38,387 nucleotides of DNA from Candidatus Caldarchaeum sp. (GTDB lineage Archaea; Thermoproteota; Nitrososphaeria_A; Caldarchaeales; Caldarchaeaceae), in assembly GCA_038885755.1 (NCBI GenBank), contig JAVZZH010000005.1, forward strand, positions 1 to 38,387, written 5' to 3'. Shown one piece after another: positions 27,537-37,460 of the stretch. Made by a program: the position numbers and the translations under genes. Below the pieces are notes generated by a model. That model saw nothing but the letters and a program-made list of their open reading frames with translations, was not told where the DNA came from and searched no databases. How positions within the stretch are numbered: position 1 is the stretch's first letter; the number at the start of each line of letters is the position of its first letter.

Positions 27537-29263
27537 TGAGAGCGGCTGATGCTCTGGTCGGTGAAATGGCTCGCAGGGGTGTCGAGGTTGTGTTCGGCAT
27601 CCCCGGCGGAGCAAACATGCCGTTCTACGACGCCTTGAGAGACTCCGACATAAAGAGCATACTCGTGAGACACGAGCAGCAGGCGGTGCATGCAGCGGAG
27701 GGCTACGCAAGGATAAAGAGAAGGCCCGGTGTCTGTTCGGGGACGTCGGGCCCGGGTGCCACCAACCTGATTACAGGGCTGGTGGACGCCTACATGGACA
27801 GCGTCCCAGTAATGGCGGTGACCGGGCAGGTTGTGAGGTCTTTCATGGGGACGGATGCTTTTCAGGAAGCCGACATCGTCGGGCTTGTCCTACCGCACAT
27901 CAAGTACGCCATCACAGTCAAAGACCCCAACAGGCTTGCCCAAGAGTTTGTAAACGCCTACACCGTCTCGATGAACGGCAGGTACGGGCCCACGCTACTC
28001 GACATACCGAGGGATGTAATGACTGAGGATGTCAAACCAGTTGAAAACATACAGCCAGAGCCTCTCTTCAACAGGCCTCCGCCCGAGCCGGACATCGAAT
28101 CGATCAAACAAGCCGCCAAGCTTGTGATGGATTCGGAGAAGCCCGTCATCCTAGTCGGCGGCGGCGCTGTGTACAGCATGGCGGGCCGTGAAATTCTCCA
28201 GCTAGCCGAGCACATAGCCGCCCCGATAGTCACGACAACGATGGGGAAGGGAGCGGTTCCTGAAGACCACCCACTAGTCCTCGGCGTGGTGGGCATGCAT
28301 GGACGTGTCGAGGCGGACCTAGCCATCATAGAGTCGGACCTAGTCATATGCGTTGGGACGAGGCTTTCCGACAGGGCGATAGGGCCTGCTAAAGAGTTTG
28401 AAAAAGGCCGTAAGGTCATACACATCGACTTGGACTTGAGCGAGTTCGGCAAGAACGTCAGGCCAAGCATAAGCCTGCCCGGAGACGCTAGGAAGGTGCT
28501 TGCCGAGCTCGTCGAATACATCAAGCATCTTATTCCCCGAAGGCCGGAGTCCAAGCTCGCCCGGAAGCTCCACGAAATAGGCAGCGCCTACGAAGAATAC
28601 ATGATGGCCATGGACGACGGCAAAGTCCTGCATTCTTGGAAAGTCGTCTCAATCCTCAACGAAATCCTCCCGCACGACACGATCATAACGACCGGCGTCG
28701 GCCAGCACCAGATGTGGGCCCAACTATTCTGGAAGACGAGAACTCCCGGGGCGTGGATAACCAGCGGAGGGCTCGGAACCATGGGCTTCGGTCTTCCGGC
28801 AGCGTTCGGGGCGAAGGTGGCTGCTCCCGACAGGGTCGTAGTGGACCTCGACGGCGACGGAAGCTTCCTGATGACGTGCCAGACGCTTGCATGCGTGGCG
28901 GACTACGAATGTCCTGTGATTACGGTGATTTTTGACAACAGGTCTCTGGGGATGGTGAAACAGTGGCAGGACATGTTCTACAGCAAGAGGTACAAGGACG
29001 TCGAATACAACGACCGCACAGACTTGCTGAAGCTGTCAGAAGCCTTCGGAGTAGAGGCCTTCAGGGCCGAGACCTACGAGGAGCTGTCCAACATCGTGCG
29101 GAGAGCTGTCCGGACGAATTCAGCGGCTACCATAGACGTCCCCGTCGACAAGGGCGAGCTGGTTTTCCCCATGGTCCCACCCGGAAAATGGCTTCAGGAC
29201 GTCAAGCTGCCTCCCGGTTTCGACCTAACCCAGCAGATGATTAACGTAAGCAGGATTGTGTGA
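27533..29263 (+). CDS. ilvB: Acetolactate synthase large subunit
   Basis: FGIPGG, RHEQ, TSGPGATN, DAFQEAD, GMHG, GVGQHQMW, SGGLGTMGFGLPAA, GDGSF, LGMVKQWQ. Confidence 0.96.
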   Translation: MMRAADALVGEMARRGVEVVFGIPGGANMPFYDALRDSDIKSILVRHEQQAVHAAEGYARIKRRPGVCSGTSGPGATNLITGLVDAYMDSVPVMAVTGQVVRSFMGTDAFQEADIVGLVLPHIKYAITVKDPNRLAQEFVNAYTVSMNGRYGPTLLDIPRDVMTEDVKPVENIQPEPLFNRPPPEPDIESIKQAAKLVMDSEKPVILVGGGAVYSMAGREILQLAEHIAAPIVTTTMGKGAVPEDHPLVLGVVGMHGRVEADLAIIESDLVICVGTRLSDRAIGPAKEFEKGRKVIHIDLDLSEFGKNVRPSISLPGDARKVLAELVEYIKHLIPRRPESKLARKLHEIGSAYEEYMMAMDDGKVLHSWKVVSILNEILPHDTIITTGVGQHQMWAQLFWKTRTPGAWITSGGLGTMGFGLPAAFGAKVAAPDRVVVDLDGDGSFLMTCQTLACVADYECPVITVIFDNRSLGMVKQWQDMFYSKRYKDVEYNDRTDLLKLSEAFGVEAFRAETYEELSNIVRRAVRTNSAATIDVPVDKGELVFPMVPPGKWLQDVKLPPGFDLTQQMINVSRIV

Positions 29264-29505
29264 TGAAGTTCATACTTCACGTCGTCTGCGTCAACAGCGC
29301 CGACGCAGTGGCTAAGATGATGCTTGCAGTCAAGCAGGGGAACCTGAGCATACAATCCATAAACATACACAGCATAGACGGCGGAAGCAGGCTTTCTGCT
29401 GTATTGCTGCTCGAGGGAGAGGAGGGGAAGGGTGAATGGCTCGCCAACAAGCTGCTCAACTACCCCTACTACCACTCGACGAGCTTGCTTAAGACAAAAG
29501 AATAG
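29260..29505 (+). CDS. ilvN: Acetolactate synthase small (ACT) subunit, short and divergent
   Basis: 81 aa ACT-like pattern (NLSIQSINI, LANKL) between ilvB and ilvC with a GTGA overlap. Confidence 0.65.
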   Translation: MMKFILHVVCVNSADAVAKMMLAVKQGNLSIQSINIHSIDGGSRLSAVLLLEGEEGKGEWLANKLLNYPYYHSTSLLKTKE

Positions 29506-29535
29506 TTTTTATCAAGGTTGTAATCACAAGTCTTC

Positions 29536-30513
29536 ATGAAAGTTTACTACGACAACGACATATCCCTCGACATATTGCGAGACAAGACAGTGGCTGTAAT
29601 CGGGTATGGAAGTCAGGGAAGAGCACAGGCCCTCAACATGAGGGACTCTGGTCTGAAGGTTGTTGTCGGGCTTAGAAAGGGAGGAAACTCCTGGCGGAGA
29701 GCTGAGGAAGACGGGTTCAAGCCGCTCACGGTGGAGGAGGCTGCCAGCAGGGGGGACTTGGTACACATACTTATACCCGACATGGACCAGCCAATGGTCT
29801 ACCAGAAGAGCATAAAGCCCTACCTCAAGGCGGGCAAGACACTCGGCTTCTCCCACGGCTATAACATCCACTTCCGGCAGATAGTTCCGCCTCCCGACGT
29901 GGACGTAGTCCTCATGGCTCCCAAATCACCCGGCCAAAGGATGCGCGACCTCTATGTTCAGGGCAAGGGCGTCCCTGCGCTGGTCGGAGTAGGGCAGGAC
30001 TACTCTGGCCACGCTCTTCAGACTGCGTTAGCCATGGCTAAGGCCTGCGGATGCTCTAGGGCAGGCGTCATCGAGACAACCTTCAAGGACGAGACGGAGA
30101 CAGACCTTTTCGGCGAGCAGGCTGTTCTCGTGGGAGGAGTCATGGAGCTTATCAGGAACGGCTTCGAGGTCCTCGTCGAAAACGGCTACCCCGCTGAGCT
30201 TGCTTACTTCGAGGTGTTGAACGAGCTGAAGCTCATCGTCGACCTAATCTACCAAGGCGGCTTGGTGCACATGCTGAAATCGGTCTCCGACACAGCCAAG
30301 TACGGAGGCCTGACCGTCGGGCCCATGATAGTCGACAGCCACGTAAGAAAGAACATGGAGAAAGCCCTAGAACGCGTGAAGTCCGGAGAGTTTTCCGAGA
30401 CGTGGACAGGCAACCCGAGAGCCTACGAGATTCTGAACGACTTGATGAAGAAGATGGCCGACCACCCCATCGAAAAAGTGGGCGAGAAAATCAGAAAAAT
30501 GGCCAACATATAG
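29536..30513 (+). CDS. ilvC: Ketol-acid reductoisomerase
   Basis: [52 protein letters not shown]. Confidence 0.97.
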   Translation: MKVYYDNDISLDILRDKTVAVIGYGSQGRAQALNMRDSGLKVVVGLRKGGNSWRRAEEDGFKPLTVEEAASRGDLVHILIPDMDQPMVYQKSIKPYLKAGKTLGFSHGYNIHFRQIVPPPDVDVVLMAPKSPGQRMRDLYVQGKGVPALVGVGQDYSGHALQTALAMAKACGCSRAGVIETTFKDETETDLFGEQAVLVGGVMELIRNGFEVLVENGYPAELAYFEVLNELKLIVDLIYQGGLVHMLKSVSDTAKYGGLTVGPMIVDSHVRKNMEKALERVKSGEFSETWTGNPRAYEILNDLMKKMADHPIEKVGEKIRKMANI

Positions 30514-30892
30514 AGGCAAACCTGCATGCCGTAAAGGCATAGGTTAGCGGCATCGACGCTGTCAAATTCTATTTAGGGGGTTGTTTTCAGGCCTACTGCC
30601 TGTAGTCGATGGTTTATGCATGTCTTCGATTATCTCGTCGGACGTGTGTATGGTTTGTTCATGGATGGGGCGAGGCTGATGTGGTCTGGCGTGGGGTGGA
30701 GAAAGCCTTTCCAGCCTACGTGTTTGAAACACAGGCGGGAGGCGGCCATCATCACACACTACCAAAGCTCAGACACGGCCATGACATTCGGAGTAGCAGG
30801 ACGTGCCTAGCTGTGTAGGAAGAGGATAAGGCCGGCGCTAGCCAGATGCACGACGGCATTTTCCACGAAAAATGGCCCTCTTGCCCGAGATG

Positions 30893-31363
30893 CTATATCC
30901 TCCTGACCGGCTTGTAAAGGTAGATTGTGTGTTTGTTGAGCCTTTCCACATGTTCTGGCCTCCATCCGGGTATTGGGTAGTCGTGGCAGACGACTCGGGC
31001 GGATGGCTTGAGCTCCCGCTCCAGCTTAGGCCTCAGCCTTCCGAGAAGGTCTTTCGTCAAGTAGAGGGTTACGACGTCTGCGTCGTGGAGAGGCATGCTG
31101 AACATGTCTCGCCTTACTATGGTTATTCTGTCGTCGAGGCGGAGCGCTCTAACCTTGTTCCGGACGTGAGCCACCAATCTGGGCCGCAGCTCGCAGCCCA
31201 CCGCTGAAGCCCTGAATTTTCTGGCAGCGGTCGTCAGAACCCGGCCGTCGCCGCACCCCAAGTCGTAGACTTTCTCGCCCTCGTCGAGTTCCGCCAGATT
31301 CAGCATTCTTTCCACGACATCGAGCGGTGATGGGACGAACGGTACGAGTTTATTGACCATCAT
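30893..31363 (-). CDS. Class I SAM methyltransferase, archaeal protein-lysine methyltransferase (aKMT/FAM173-like)
   Basis: VPFVPSP, YDLGCGDGR, ADVVTLYL, LRPKLE.EL, RVVCHDY.IPGW. Confidence 0.8.
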   Translation of the reverse strand: MMVNKLVPFVPSPLDVVERMLNLAELDEGEKVYDLGCGDGRVLTTAARKFRASAVGCELRPRLVAHVRNKVRALRLDDRITIVRRDMFSMPLHDADVVTLYLTKDLLGRLRPKLERELKPSARVVCHDYPIPGWRPEHVERLNKHTIYLYKPVRRI

Positions 31364-31403
31364 GAGGATAGTGTGTCGAGCTTTTTTTAAGATTTTTCGG
31401 CGA

Positions 31404-32030
31404 CTATTCGTGGAGGAAGCCTCTCGGCTTGGGCTTGAGGTACTCCGGCATCCGCTGCTCGAACGACTCTATCGCCTTACTGTACTTTTCGATGGTCAGC
31501 TGTATGTCGTCTAGGCCTCTCATCAGCCTCTCCTTTATGTGGGGCTCGATGTCAAACTTGACCTGTTCACCGGCGTATGAAACGGTCTGGCTTGCGAGGT
31601 CTACTTCTAGGCGGAGGTCTCCTTTCTTGGCTAGGTTGCGGAGCCTAACCACTTTGTCGTCGGGCAGCTTGACGCAAACGAGCCCGTTTTTGCTCGCGTT
31701 GACGTAGAAGATGTCGCCGAAGCTCGAGGCTATGACGCATTTTATTCCAAAGTCGGTCAGAGCCCAGACGGCGTTTTCACGGCTGGAGCCTATTCCGAAG
31801 TTACGGCCGGCGACGAGGATTTCAGCCCCCCTGTATTCGGGTCTGTCGAGGACAAAATCACCCCTCAGCCTGCCGTTCTCATCATAACGCCAGCGATAGA
31901 ACAAGTATCTTCCAAGCCCCTTGCGCTCGATCACCTTGAGAAACTCTGCTGGAATGATCTGGTCGGTGTCAACGTCGTCGGCCTCAAGCGGCGCAGCCTT
32001 ACCAACAACCCTGACGACAGCCTCTGGCAC
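31404..32030 (-). CDS. leuD: 3-isopropylmalate dehydratase small subunit
   Basis: DVDTDQIIPAEFLK, LF..WRY, NFGIGSSRENAVWAL, SFGDIF.N, GLDDI. Confidence 0.93.
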   Translation of the reverse strand: MPEAVVRVVGKAAPLEADDVDTDQIIPAEFLKVIERKGLGRYLFYRWRYDENGRLRGDFVLDRPEYRGAEILVAGRNFGIGSSRENAVWALTDFGIKCVIASSFGDIFYVNASKNGLVCVKLPDDKVVRLRNLAKKGDLRLEVDLASQTVSYAGEQVKFDIEPHIKERLMRGLDDIQLTIEKYSKAIESFEQRMPEYLKPKPRGFLHE

Positions 32031-32074
32031 GGCTGAATTACCGTAAAACCATCTATTTAAACGGAAACACAGCC

Positions 32075-32971
32075 TCAGCCGCCCAGCTGTTCACCCAGCA
32101 TGGGAAGAACCTTCTCAGCGATCACCCTAACCCCTTCGACGATGTCGCGTCCAACGGGGTGTCCGAAGCAGACGTGCGAGACGCCTGACCGAACCAGTCT
32201 GACGGCCTTCTCCACCACCTCCTCGACAGACCCGCAGAGAGCGAAGTTTTCCAGCATCCTCGCCCTCACCTCGTCATCGGCCCTTGCCAAGTCTCCGGCA
32301 TCCAGGCCTGCGGCTTTGAGCATGGGCGACCCGTCGACGAGGTCGACTACGTACCGTCTCAGCTCGTCAAAAAACAGGTCAACCTCCTCAGGGTTCTCCG
32401 AGATGAAGGTGAAAGGCCTCGCAACAAGCTCCTTACCGGTCCCTCCCGCCTCGTCAATACCCCTACGCATCTCAGACGCATACACAGGGTTAGCCAGGTG
32501 GTCGACCACAATTCCCTTGACCTCAGGCATGGCTGCAGCCCTTCGCATCAGAACAGGGCCGCTCGTCCCGACGTAGATGAGTGGGTCGGCAAGCTTAGAC
32601 CACCCGGTCCGCCTCAACTCCTCCACGGTCCTCTGGACGGCCAAGACAACCTCGCCGACCGACGCCCTTCCTCCAGCCATGTAAGCTCCCCTCGAGATTC
32701 CCAGCAGGGCTCCGGGGCTGATGGAGTCGAGGTAGGCTAGGAAGCGGGCGTTGACGACGGGGTTGTAGAGGTTTGCCGGCACGGTCGCGGGCCCGAGCTT
32801 GATCTTCCGGACGTGCGGCGCCAGCGACAGGGCTATGCCCCATGCGGGCTTGTGGGGCAGGTGTTCGTAGACTTGGAGCGAGTAAAAGCCTGCTTCGTCT
32901 ACGGTTTTGGCGACGGCTAGGTAGGTTTCGTATGTTTTGTCGCCTTCGAGAACGACGCTGAACCTTGGCAT
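32075..32971 (-). CDS. LLM-class (luciferase-like/Mer-like) oxidoreductase
   Basis: AGFYSLQVYEH, IKLGP, LGISRG, IYVGTSGP, GSVEEVVEK...GVSHVCFGHP. Confidence 0.8.
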   Translation of the reverse strand: MPRFSVVLEGDKTYETYLAVAKTVDEAGFYSLQVYEHLPHKPAWGIALSLAPHVRKIKLGPATVPANLYNPVVNARFLAYLDSISPGALLGISRGAYMAGGRASVGEVVLAVQRTVEELRRTGWSKLADPLIYVGTSGPVLMRRAAAMPEVKGIVVDHLANPVYASEMRRGIDEAGGTGKELVARPFTFISENPEEVDLFFDELRRYVVDLVDGSPMLKAAGLDAGDLARADDEVRARMLENFALCGSVEEVVEKAVRLVRSGVSHVCFGHPVGRDIVEGVRVIAEKVLPMLGEQLGG

Positions 32972-33050
32972 CTCCGACGTGGAGGCTGAAGGCCGGCGGT
33001 ACTAAAGCTTGTCCGAAACACAGGTTTTTTACGTTGAGAGCGGATTGGTG

Positions 33051-34418
33051 ATGCAGTTGAAGACCAAGCTGGCTTGCACGCTCGGGCCGTCGCTGTCGTC
33101 TCGAGAAGACATAGCGAAAGCCATCTCGCTCGGGTGCAGGATCTTTCGGATAAACCTTAGCCACGGAGACATGCTTTTCTGGCGTAGGCTTGCGGACAAC
33201 GCGCGTCGAGCGGCTGAGAAAACAGGCGAGAGATGTGTGCTGATAGGGGATTTGAAAGGCGGGTCGGTGCGCGTTGCCGGGCTGGACAAATCTCTCTCGC
33301 TCAACGTGGGCGAAAGAGTCAGGTTCTCGCTCGACGGGCCCTTAAACCTGCCCTATCCCGAGTTTTTCGAAACAGTCGAGGTGGGAGACACGCTGGTCTT
33401 TGACGACGGCCGTGGAATGTTGAGGGTCGTGGCTCATCAAGGCCGTTCGATAGAATCTGAAGCCGTGCGCCCGCTAACCATCTCTCCCAACAAATCCATC
33501 GTGATACGTGGAAAAGAAGTGGAGACGCCCGACTACCTCAAAACAAGCATGGAAGGCTTAGAAGCAGCCGTCAGCATGAACCTAGACTACGCTGGACTCA
33601 GCTTTGTAAGAAGAGCTGAAGACATAGACGCCGTCAGGAATTATCTCGAGTCGAGAGGGCTGTCGATGGGGTTGATAGCCAAAGTGGAGACGCCGTCCGC
33701 CGTCCAGAACATCAACAAGATATGCGAGAAATCAGACGCCGTCCTCATCGCCCGGGGAGACCTAGGCATGCACTTCCCGCTCGAGTATGTTCCCAAGCTG
33801 CAGAAAACAATCATAGAGGCAGCGTACAACGCATGCAAGCCCGTCATAGTGGCCACCCAGCTTCTAGGAACGATGGTCAACGAGCCTGTTCCCTCGAGAA
33901 GCGAGATCGTCGACGTGATGTCCTGCGTGGAGGATGGCGTCGACGTATTGATGCTCACGGCCGAGACCGCCGTAGGCAGATATCCCTTGGAATCAATCCA
34001 GTGGCTGGCCAAAATAGCTGAAACATATGAGAAAAGCATCAAACCCCGTAGGGCGCTGCAGTCCGACGCGGAGGCCGTAGACAGGTTCGCACTGGCAGTC
34101 GTCAACCTCGCCGAATCGCTGGCCGCGAGGATAGCAATATTCACCATGAACGGAAACATGGCACGCCGGATAGCACGCTTCAAGCCAGTAGGCGGAATCA
34201 TCGCAGCCACTCCAAACACCCACGTAATTCCACGGCTGGAGCTAATGTGGGGTGTCACGCCGCTTGCCGTAGAAGCCAGCAGCTACGCCGAAGGCCTTGA
34301 GAGGTTGGAGCATACTCTTGAGGAGAAAGGAATCGTCGAAACCGGGGAGACGTTTGTTCTAACGTATGGGTTAGTCAACGAGCCGGTGCACATTGTAAAG
34401 ATGAAAAAATACCGGTGA
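33051..34418 (+). CDS. pyk: Pyruvate kinase
   Basis: TKLACTLGPS, FRINLSHG, LSFV, IAKVE, IARGDLG, KPVIVATQ, MLTAETAVGRYP. Confidence 0.96.
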   Translation: MQLKTKLACTLGPSLSSREDIAKAISLGCRIFRINLSHGDMLFWRRLADNARRAAEKTGERCVLIGDLKGGSVRVAGLDKSLSLNVGERVRFSLDGPLNLPYPEFFETVEVGDTLVFDDGRGMLRVVAHQGRSIESEAVRPLTISPNKSIVIRGKEVETPDYLKTSMEGLEAAVSMNLDYAGLSFVRRAEDIDAVRNYLESRGLSMGLIAKVETPSAVQNINKICEKSDAVLIARGDLGMHFPLEYVPKLQKTIIEAAYNACKPVIVATQLLGTMVNEPVPSRSEIVDVMSCVEDGVDVLMLTAETAVGRYPLESIQWLAKIAETYEKSIKPRRALQSDAEAVDRFALAVVNLAESLAARIAIFTMNGNMARRIARFKPVGGIIAATPNTHVIPRLELMWGVTPLAVEASSYAEGLERLEHTLEEKGIVETGETFVLTYGLVNEPVHIVKMKKYR

Positions 34419-34607
34419 AGCTAGGCTGACGGCGGAGGTGGAGGCGGTGATCTCCGTCCCCGCCTGCTCAGCACGGCGGCTACGGCACCCATTTTTGGTG
34501 AGCAACTTATTGGTTGAAACCCCGCAACATCCTACTGGACCGTACGCTGTGGGCAGGGAGGCGACATCGCTTCCTAGAGCTAACACCTACAGCAATACTC
34601 GACATCG

Positions 34608-35150
34608 TCAAATTTTCTCAGACAGTTTTTCAAGCCGGTGATGCGTTTCATGACCGATTTCATGATGTTCGATGTGCTCGTAGCATTCAACGGTTTTCTC
34701 CCTTTCCTCCGCCGGCGTCACGCTTTGACCCATCGGGAAGAGAACATCATTCTCCTTCGATATATGCTGGGTAATCAAGCTGATGTATTCATCGCAGACA
34801 TCCAAAACCTCATCCAACCCCTCCCGTGTCTGAACATACTTCTGTAAGGCGTTGTCAAGCCTTCTTATCAACTGCCTGCCCAATTCATGTTCATACAGCA
34901 TCACGCCGATCGGGCCGCCTTCACGTGGAATGCCCATGCTTTCCAAACACGGAAACAGACATCTCTCCTCCTTTCCATGATGACATTTATCGGTAAACGT
35001 TCTCGCAAACTCGATAAAGTTCCTGAGCGATTCAACGGAATCGATAGTTTTGATTCGCCGCCAGTTTTCAACCCTTTGTTGCAACCGGCTCACCGCGTTC
35101 AGAATCACCTCGTGGTCTTTCACCAACGATTGCGTAAATTTATCTAGCAT
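34608..35150 (-). CDS. Hemerythrin (HHE) domain protein
   Basis: DHEVI, DKCHHGKEE..LFP, GPIGVMLYEHELGR, QHISKENDVLFP. Confidence 0.92.
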   Translation of the reverse strand: MLDKFTQSLVKDHEVILNAVSRLQQRVENWRRIKTIDSVESLRNFIEFARTFTDKCHHGKEERCLFPCLESMGIPREGGPIGVMLYEHELGRQLIRRLDNALQKYVQTREGLDEVLDVCDEYISLITQHISKENDVLFPMGQSVTPAEEREKTVECYEHIEHHEIGHETHHRLEKLSEKI

Positions 35151-35178
35151 AAGACCGTAGTGACCCACATCATATATA

Positions 35179-35194
35179 AAAGTTGTCCAACTTT
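35179..35194. promoter_or_regulatory. Candidate operator palindrome AAAGTTG-TC-CAACTTT
   Basis: Perfect 7-2-7 inverted repeat abutting the minus-strand TATA (TTTTATAT, 35174-35181) between divergent genes. Confidence 0.5.
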
Positions 35195-35236
35195 ACCACG
35201 TGTTAATCAGGAAGGAAGATAATTGAGGCGGCGGAC

Positions 35237-36379
35237 ATGGGTTTTTTGGATATGGCGGCAAGACATACGCAGATCCGTTTTGTTATGATTCTGTCCACTG
35301 CTTTGGCGACGCTGCTGGCTTTGGCAGGAACGTTGATGGGTGTGATCCGTCTAATGTCATACGGATTACCTGTCAGGCTGTCTGAATTTTTCCTACTGCA
35401 TCCAGACCTGCAGGCCTTCGGATTCCTACTGTTGTTCATCCTCGGCGTTTCATACGCTTTGATACCACGGTTCAAGAACAAAACCCAGTCAAATACAACC
35501 AACTTCATCATAATCGTCTCAACAATCTTCGCCGGCAACCTTGTAAAAATGCTCTATGACGTGAGAATAGGCGATTTCATCATCCTAATCGCCTGTTCAG
35601 CCTACGCCGTCTGGATATTGATAATCGTCGGAAAACCTGCAGGGTTCTTCTGGGTGTCGGACTCCTTCATAATACTGTCACCCGTTTGTCTGGTTGCTGC
35701 AGCTGTTTTGAAGATAATCTATCCGTATCCGTGGACTGTGCCAAGGTTCTTGGACCTTGTTTTACTCGGCTTTCCATCGGCCATGGTGTTCGGAGTAGTT
35801 ATGCGAACAGTTAGGTTTCGGCTTGAAGCAAACTATCGGAGAAAAACGGCTGCCTTATGTCTTGTCTCGTTCGCGACAGCTTTTGTTTTAATTTTTTCCT
35901 CTGAGTTGCTGCGGAAACTTCTCCTGCTTCTGTCAGGAGTTCTATTACTGTTGGCTGTCGATTTCCACAAAGTCAAAACGAATGTTTCTGGACTTGCTGA
36001 AAGGGATGCTGTCCGTTATAGATACTTCACGGTAGTGTTCACGGTTGCTGGGCTCTGGTTGCTGGCTGGGCTTGTTTTCAACTTTCTTCAATCCCTGTCA
36101 AGCGGCTTTGCTTTCCGCGACGCCTACATACACAGCATAGCCATCGGATTTCTTGGAAACATGATAATGGCGTACGCACCCATTCTTCTTCCACCCCTGA
36201 TTAGCATGAAAACACCCTACAAAGGTCTGTCCCTCGCACCGGCCATCCTCCTCAACCTAGGAAACTCATGGCGGGTCGCCGCCTCTGCATCAACAGGACT
36301 TGCTCAGGCCTACCTCTCGGGTTTGCTTGTGTTGGCTGGGTTAGCTTGGTTCGTGGTCATGGTTCACAGGCTTCGTTGA
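35237..36379 (+). CDS. Polytopic membrane protein, NnrS-like / heme-copper oxidase-related
   Basis: About 11-12 hydrophobic segments; LHPDLQAFGF...G..Y..IPRF and DAYIHSIAIGF.GNMI.A..P His motifs. Confidence 0.6.
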   Translation: MGFLDMAARHTQIRFVMILSTALATLLALAGTLMGVIRLMSYGLPVRLSEFFLLHPDLQAFGFLLLFILGVSYALIPRFKNKTQSNTTNFIIIVSTIFAGNLVKMLYDVRIGDFIILIACSAYAVWILIIVGKPAGFFWVSDSFIILSPVCLVAAAVLKIIYPYPWTVPRFLDLVLLGFPSAMVFGVVMRTVRFRLEANYRRKTAALCLVSFATAFVLIFSSELLRKLLLLLSGVLLLLAVDFHKVKTNVSGLAERDAVRYRYFTVVFTVAGLWLLAGLVFNFLQSLSSGFAFRDAYIHSIAIGFLGNMIMAYAPILLPPLISMKTPYKGLSLAPAILLNLGNSWRVAASASTGLAQAYLSGLLVLAGLAWFVVMVHRLR

Positions 36380-36389
36380 CACTCCGGTT

Positions 36390-37391
36390 CTATTTTCCTT
36401 CCTGCAGGTCTTCGACGCCTTTCTCGGTGATTTTGAAGTATGCTTCGGCTGTCGGCGGGTGGTAGGGGCTGTCGATGATGCGGGCTAGTCGTGTGTTGTT
36501 GGCGGCTCTCCGGATGAAGACGCGGTACGTGCTGCTGTGGGCTAGGACGTGGCCTCCGCTGGGTTTGTTGGGGTCGCCGAAGAACTGGTCGGGGTTGGCT
36601 TGGACTTGATTGGTCACGACGACGGCTACGTTGTGGACTTGGGCTGTGCGGAGAAGCCTGTGAAGCAGGTCGTTCAACCGCTGCTGCCTCTCAGCCAACG
36701 TCCCGCGCCCCACGTACTCGGCCCTGAAGTGTGAGATGACCGAGTCGACGATGACAAGCCGCGCCCTGTATTTCTCGATGTACCGGCCAAGCTCCTTGAC
36801 CGTGAGCTGTAGATGACTGGAGTTGTAGACGCTGGCGAAAATTACGTTCTCCAGTATCTTCTGCGGGTCGAGACCACGAGCCTCAGCTATCTGGCTTACT
36901 CTCTCAGGCCTGAACGTTGCCTCCGTGTCGATGTAGATGGCCGCGCCCTCAAGCCCTCCCTGCTGGCGTGGAAGCTGCGTCATAACACAAAGCGTGTGGC
37001 AGAGCTGGGTTTTGCCGCTGCCGTACTCGCCTATCAGCTCCGTGATGGCCTGCGTCTCCACGCCACCGCCCAGCATCGAGTCGATGGCGCTCGACCCCGT
37101 GGTGACCCTCTGCATGGCCTTCCTCCTCTCCAAAACCTCCGTGGCCGGGACAAACTCCTTGTCGAGGAAGCCGCTCTCGATGAGCAGAAGCCGTGCCTTG
37201 AGACAGAGCTCCTCAGCCTTCTCAGAGCTCAGCCCAATCTCCACAAGCTCCCTAGGCGTAGCAGCCGCCAAGTCCAGCACCGACGTTATTCCGGCGGCGT
37301 TGAGCTTCTCCTCCGTCGCCTTGCCCACGCCCTCGACGCTCTGAAGGTCGAAGACGTCAAGCTCCTTCTCAGCTGCCTTCTTAGCCACCAT
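36390..37391 (-). CDS. radA: DNA repair and recombination protein RadA
   Basis: N-terminal HhH, F.PA polymerisation motif, GEYGSGKTQ, IDTEATFRPER, HFRAEYVGRGTLAERQQ, TNQV; no intein. Confidence 0.98.
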   Translation of the reverse strand: MVAKKAAEKELDVFDLQSVEGVGKATEEKLNAAGITSVLDLAAATPRELVEIGLSSEKAEELCLKARLLLIESGFLDKEFVPATEVLERRKAMQRVTTGSSAIDSMLGGGVETQAITELIGEYGSGKTQLCHTLCVMTQLPRQQGGLEGAAIYIDTEATFRPERVSQIAEARGLDPQKILENVIFASVYNSSHLQLTVKELGRYIEKYRARLVIVDSVISHFRAEYVGRGTLAERQQRLNDLLHRLLRTAQVHNVAVVVTNQVQANPDQFFGDPNKPSGGHVLAHSSTYRVFIRRAANNTRLARIIDSPYHPPTAEAYFKITEKGVEDLQEGK

Positions 37392-37460
37392 GGCTTTTCG
37401 AGCTTCTACCGGTCTGGGAGGCTTATAAAATGTGGCGGCCTCCGTGCAGGGGGGAGGGGG

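Noticed and set aside
34419-34607. Short ORFs between pyk and hemerythrin
   Set aside because: No recognisable motif, SD or promoter
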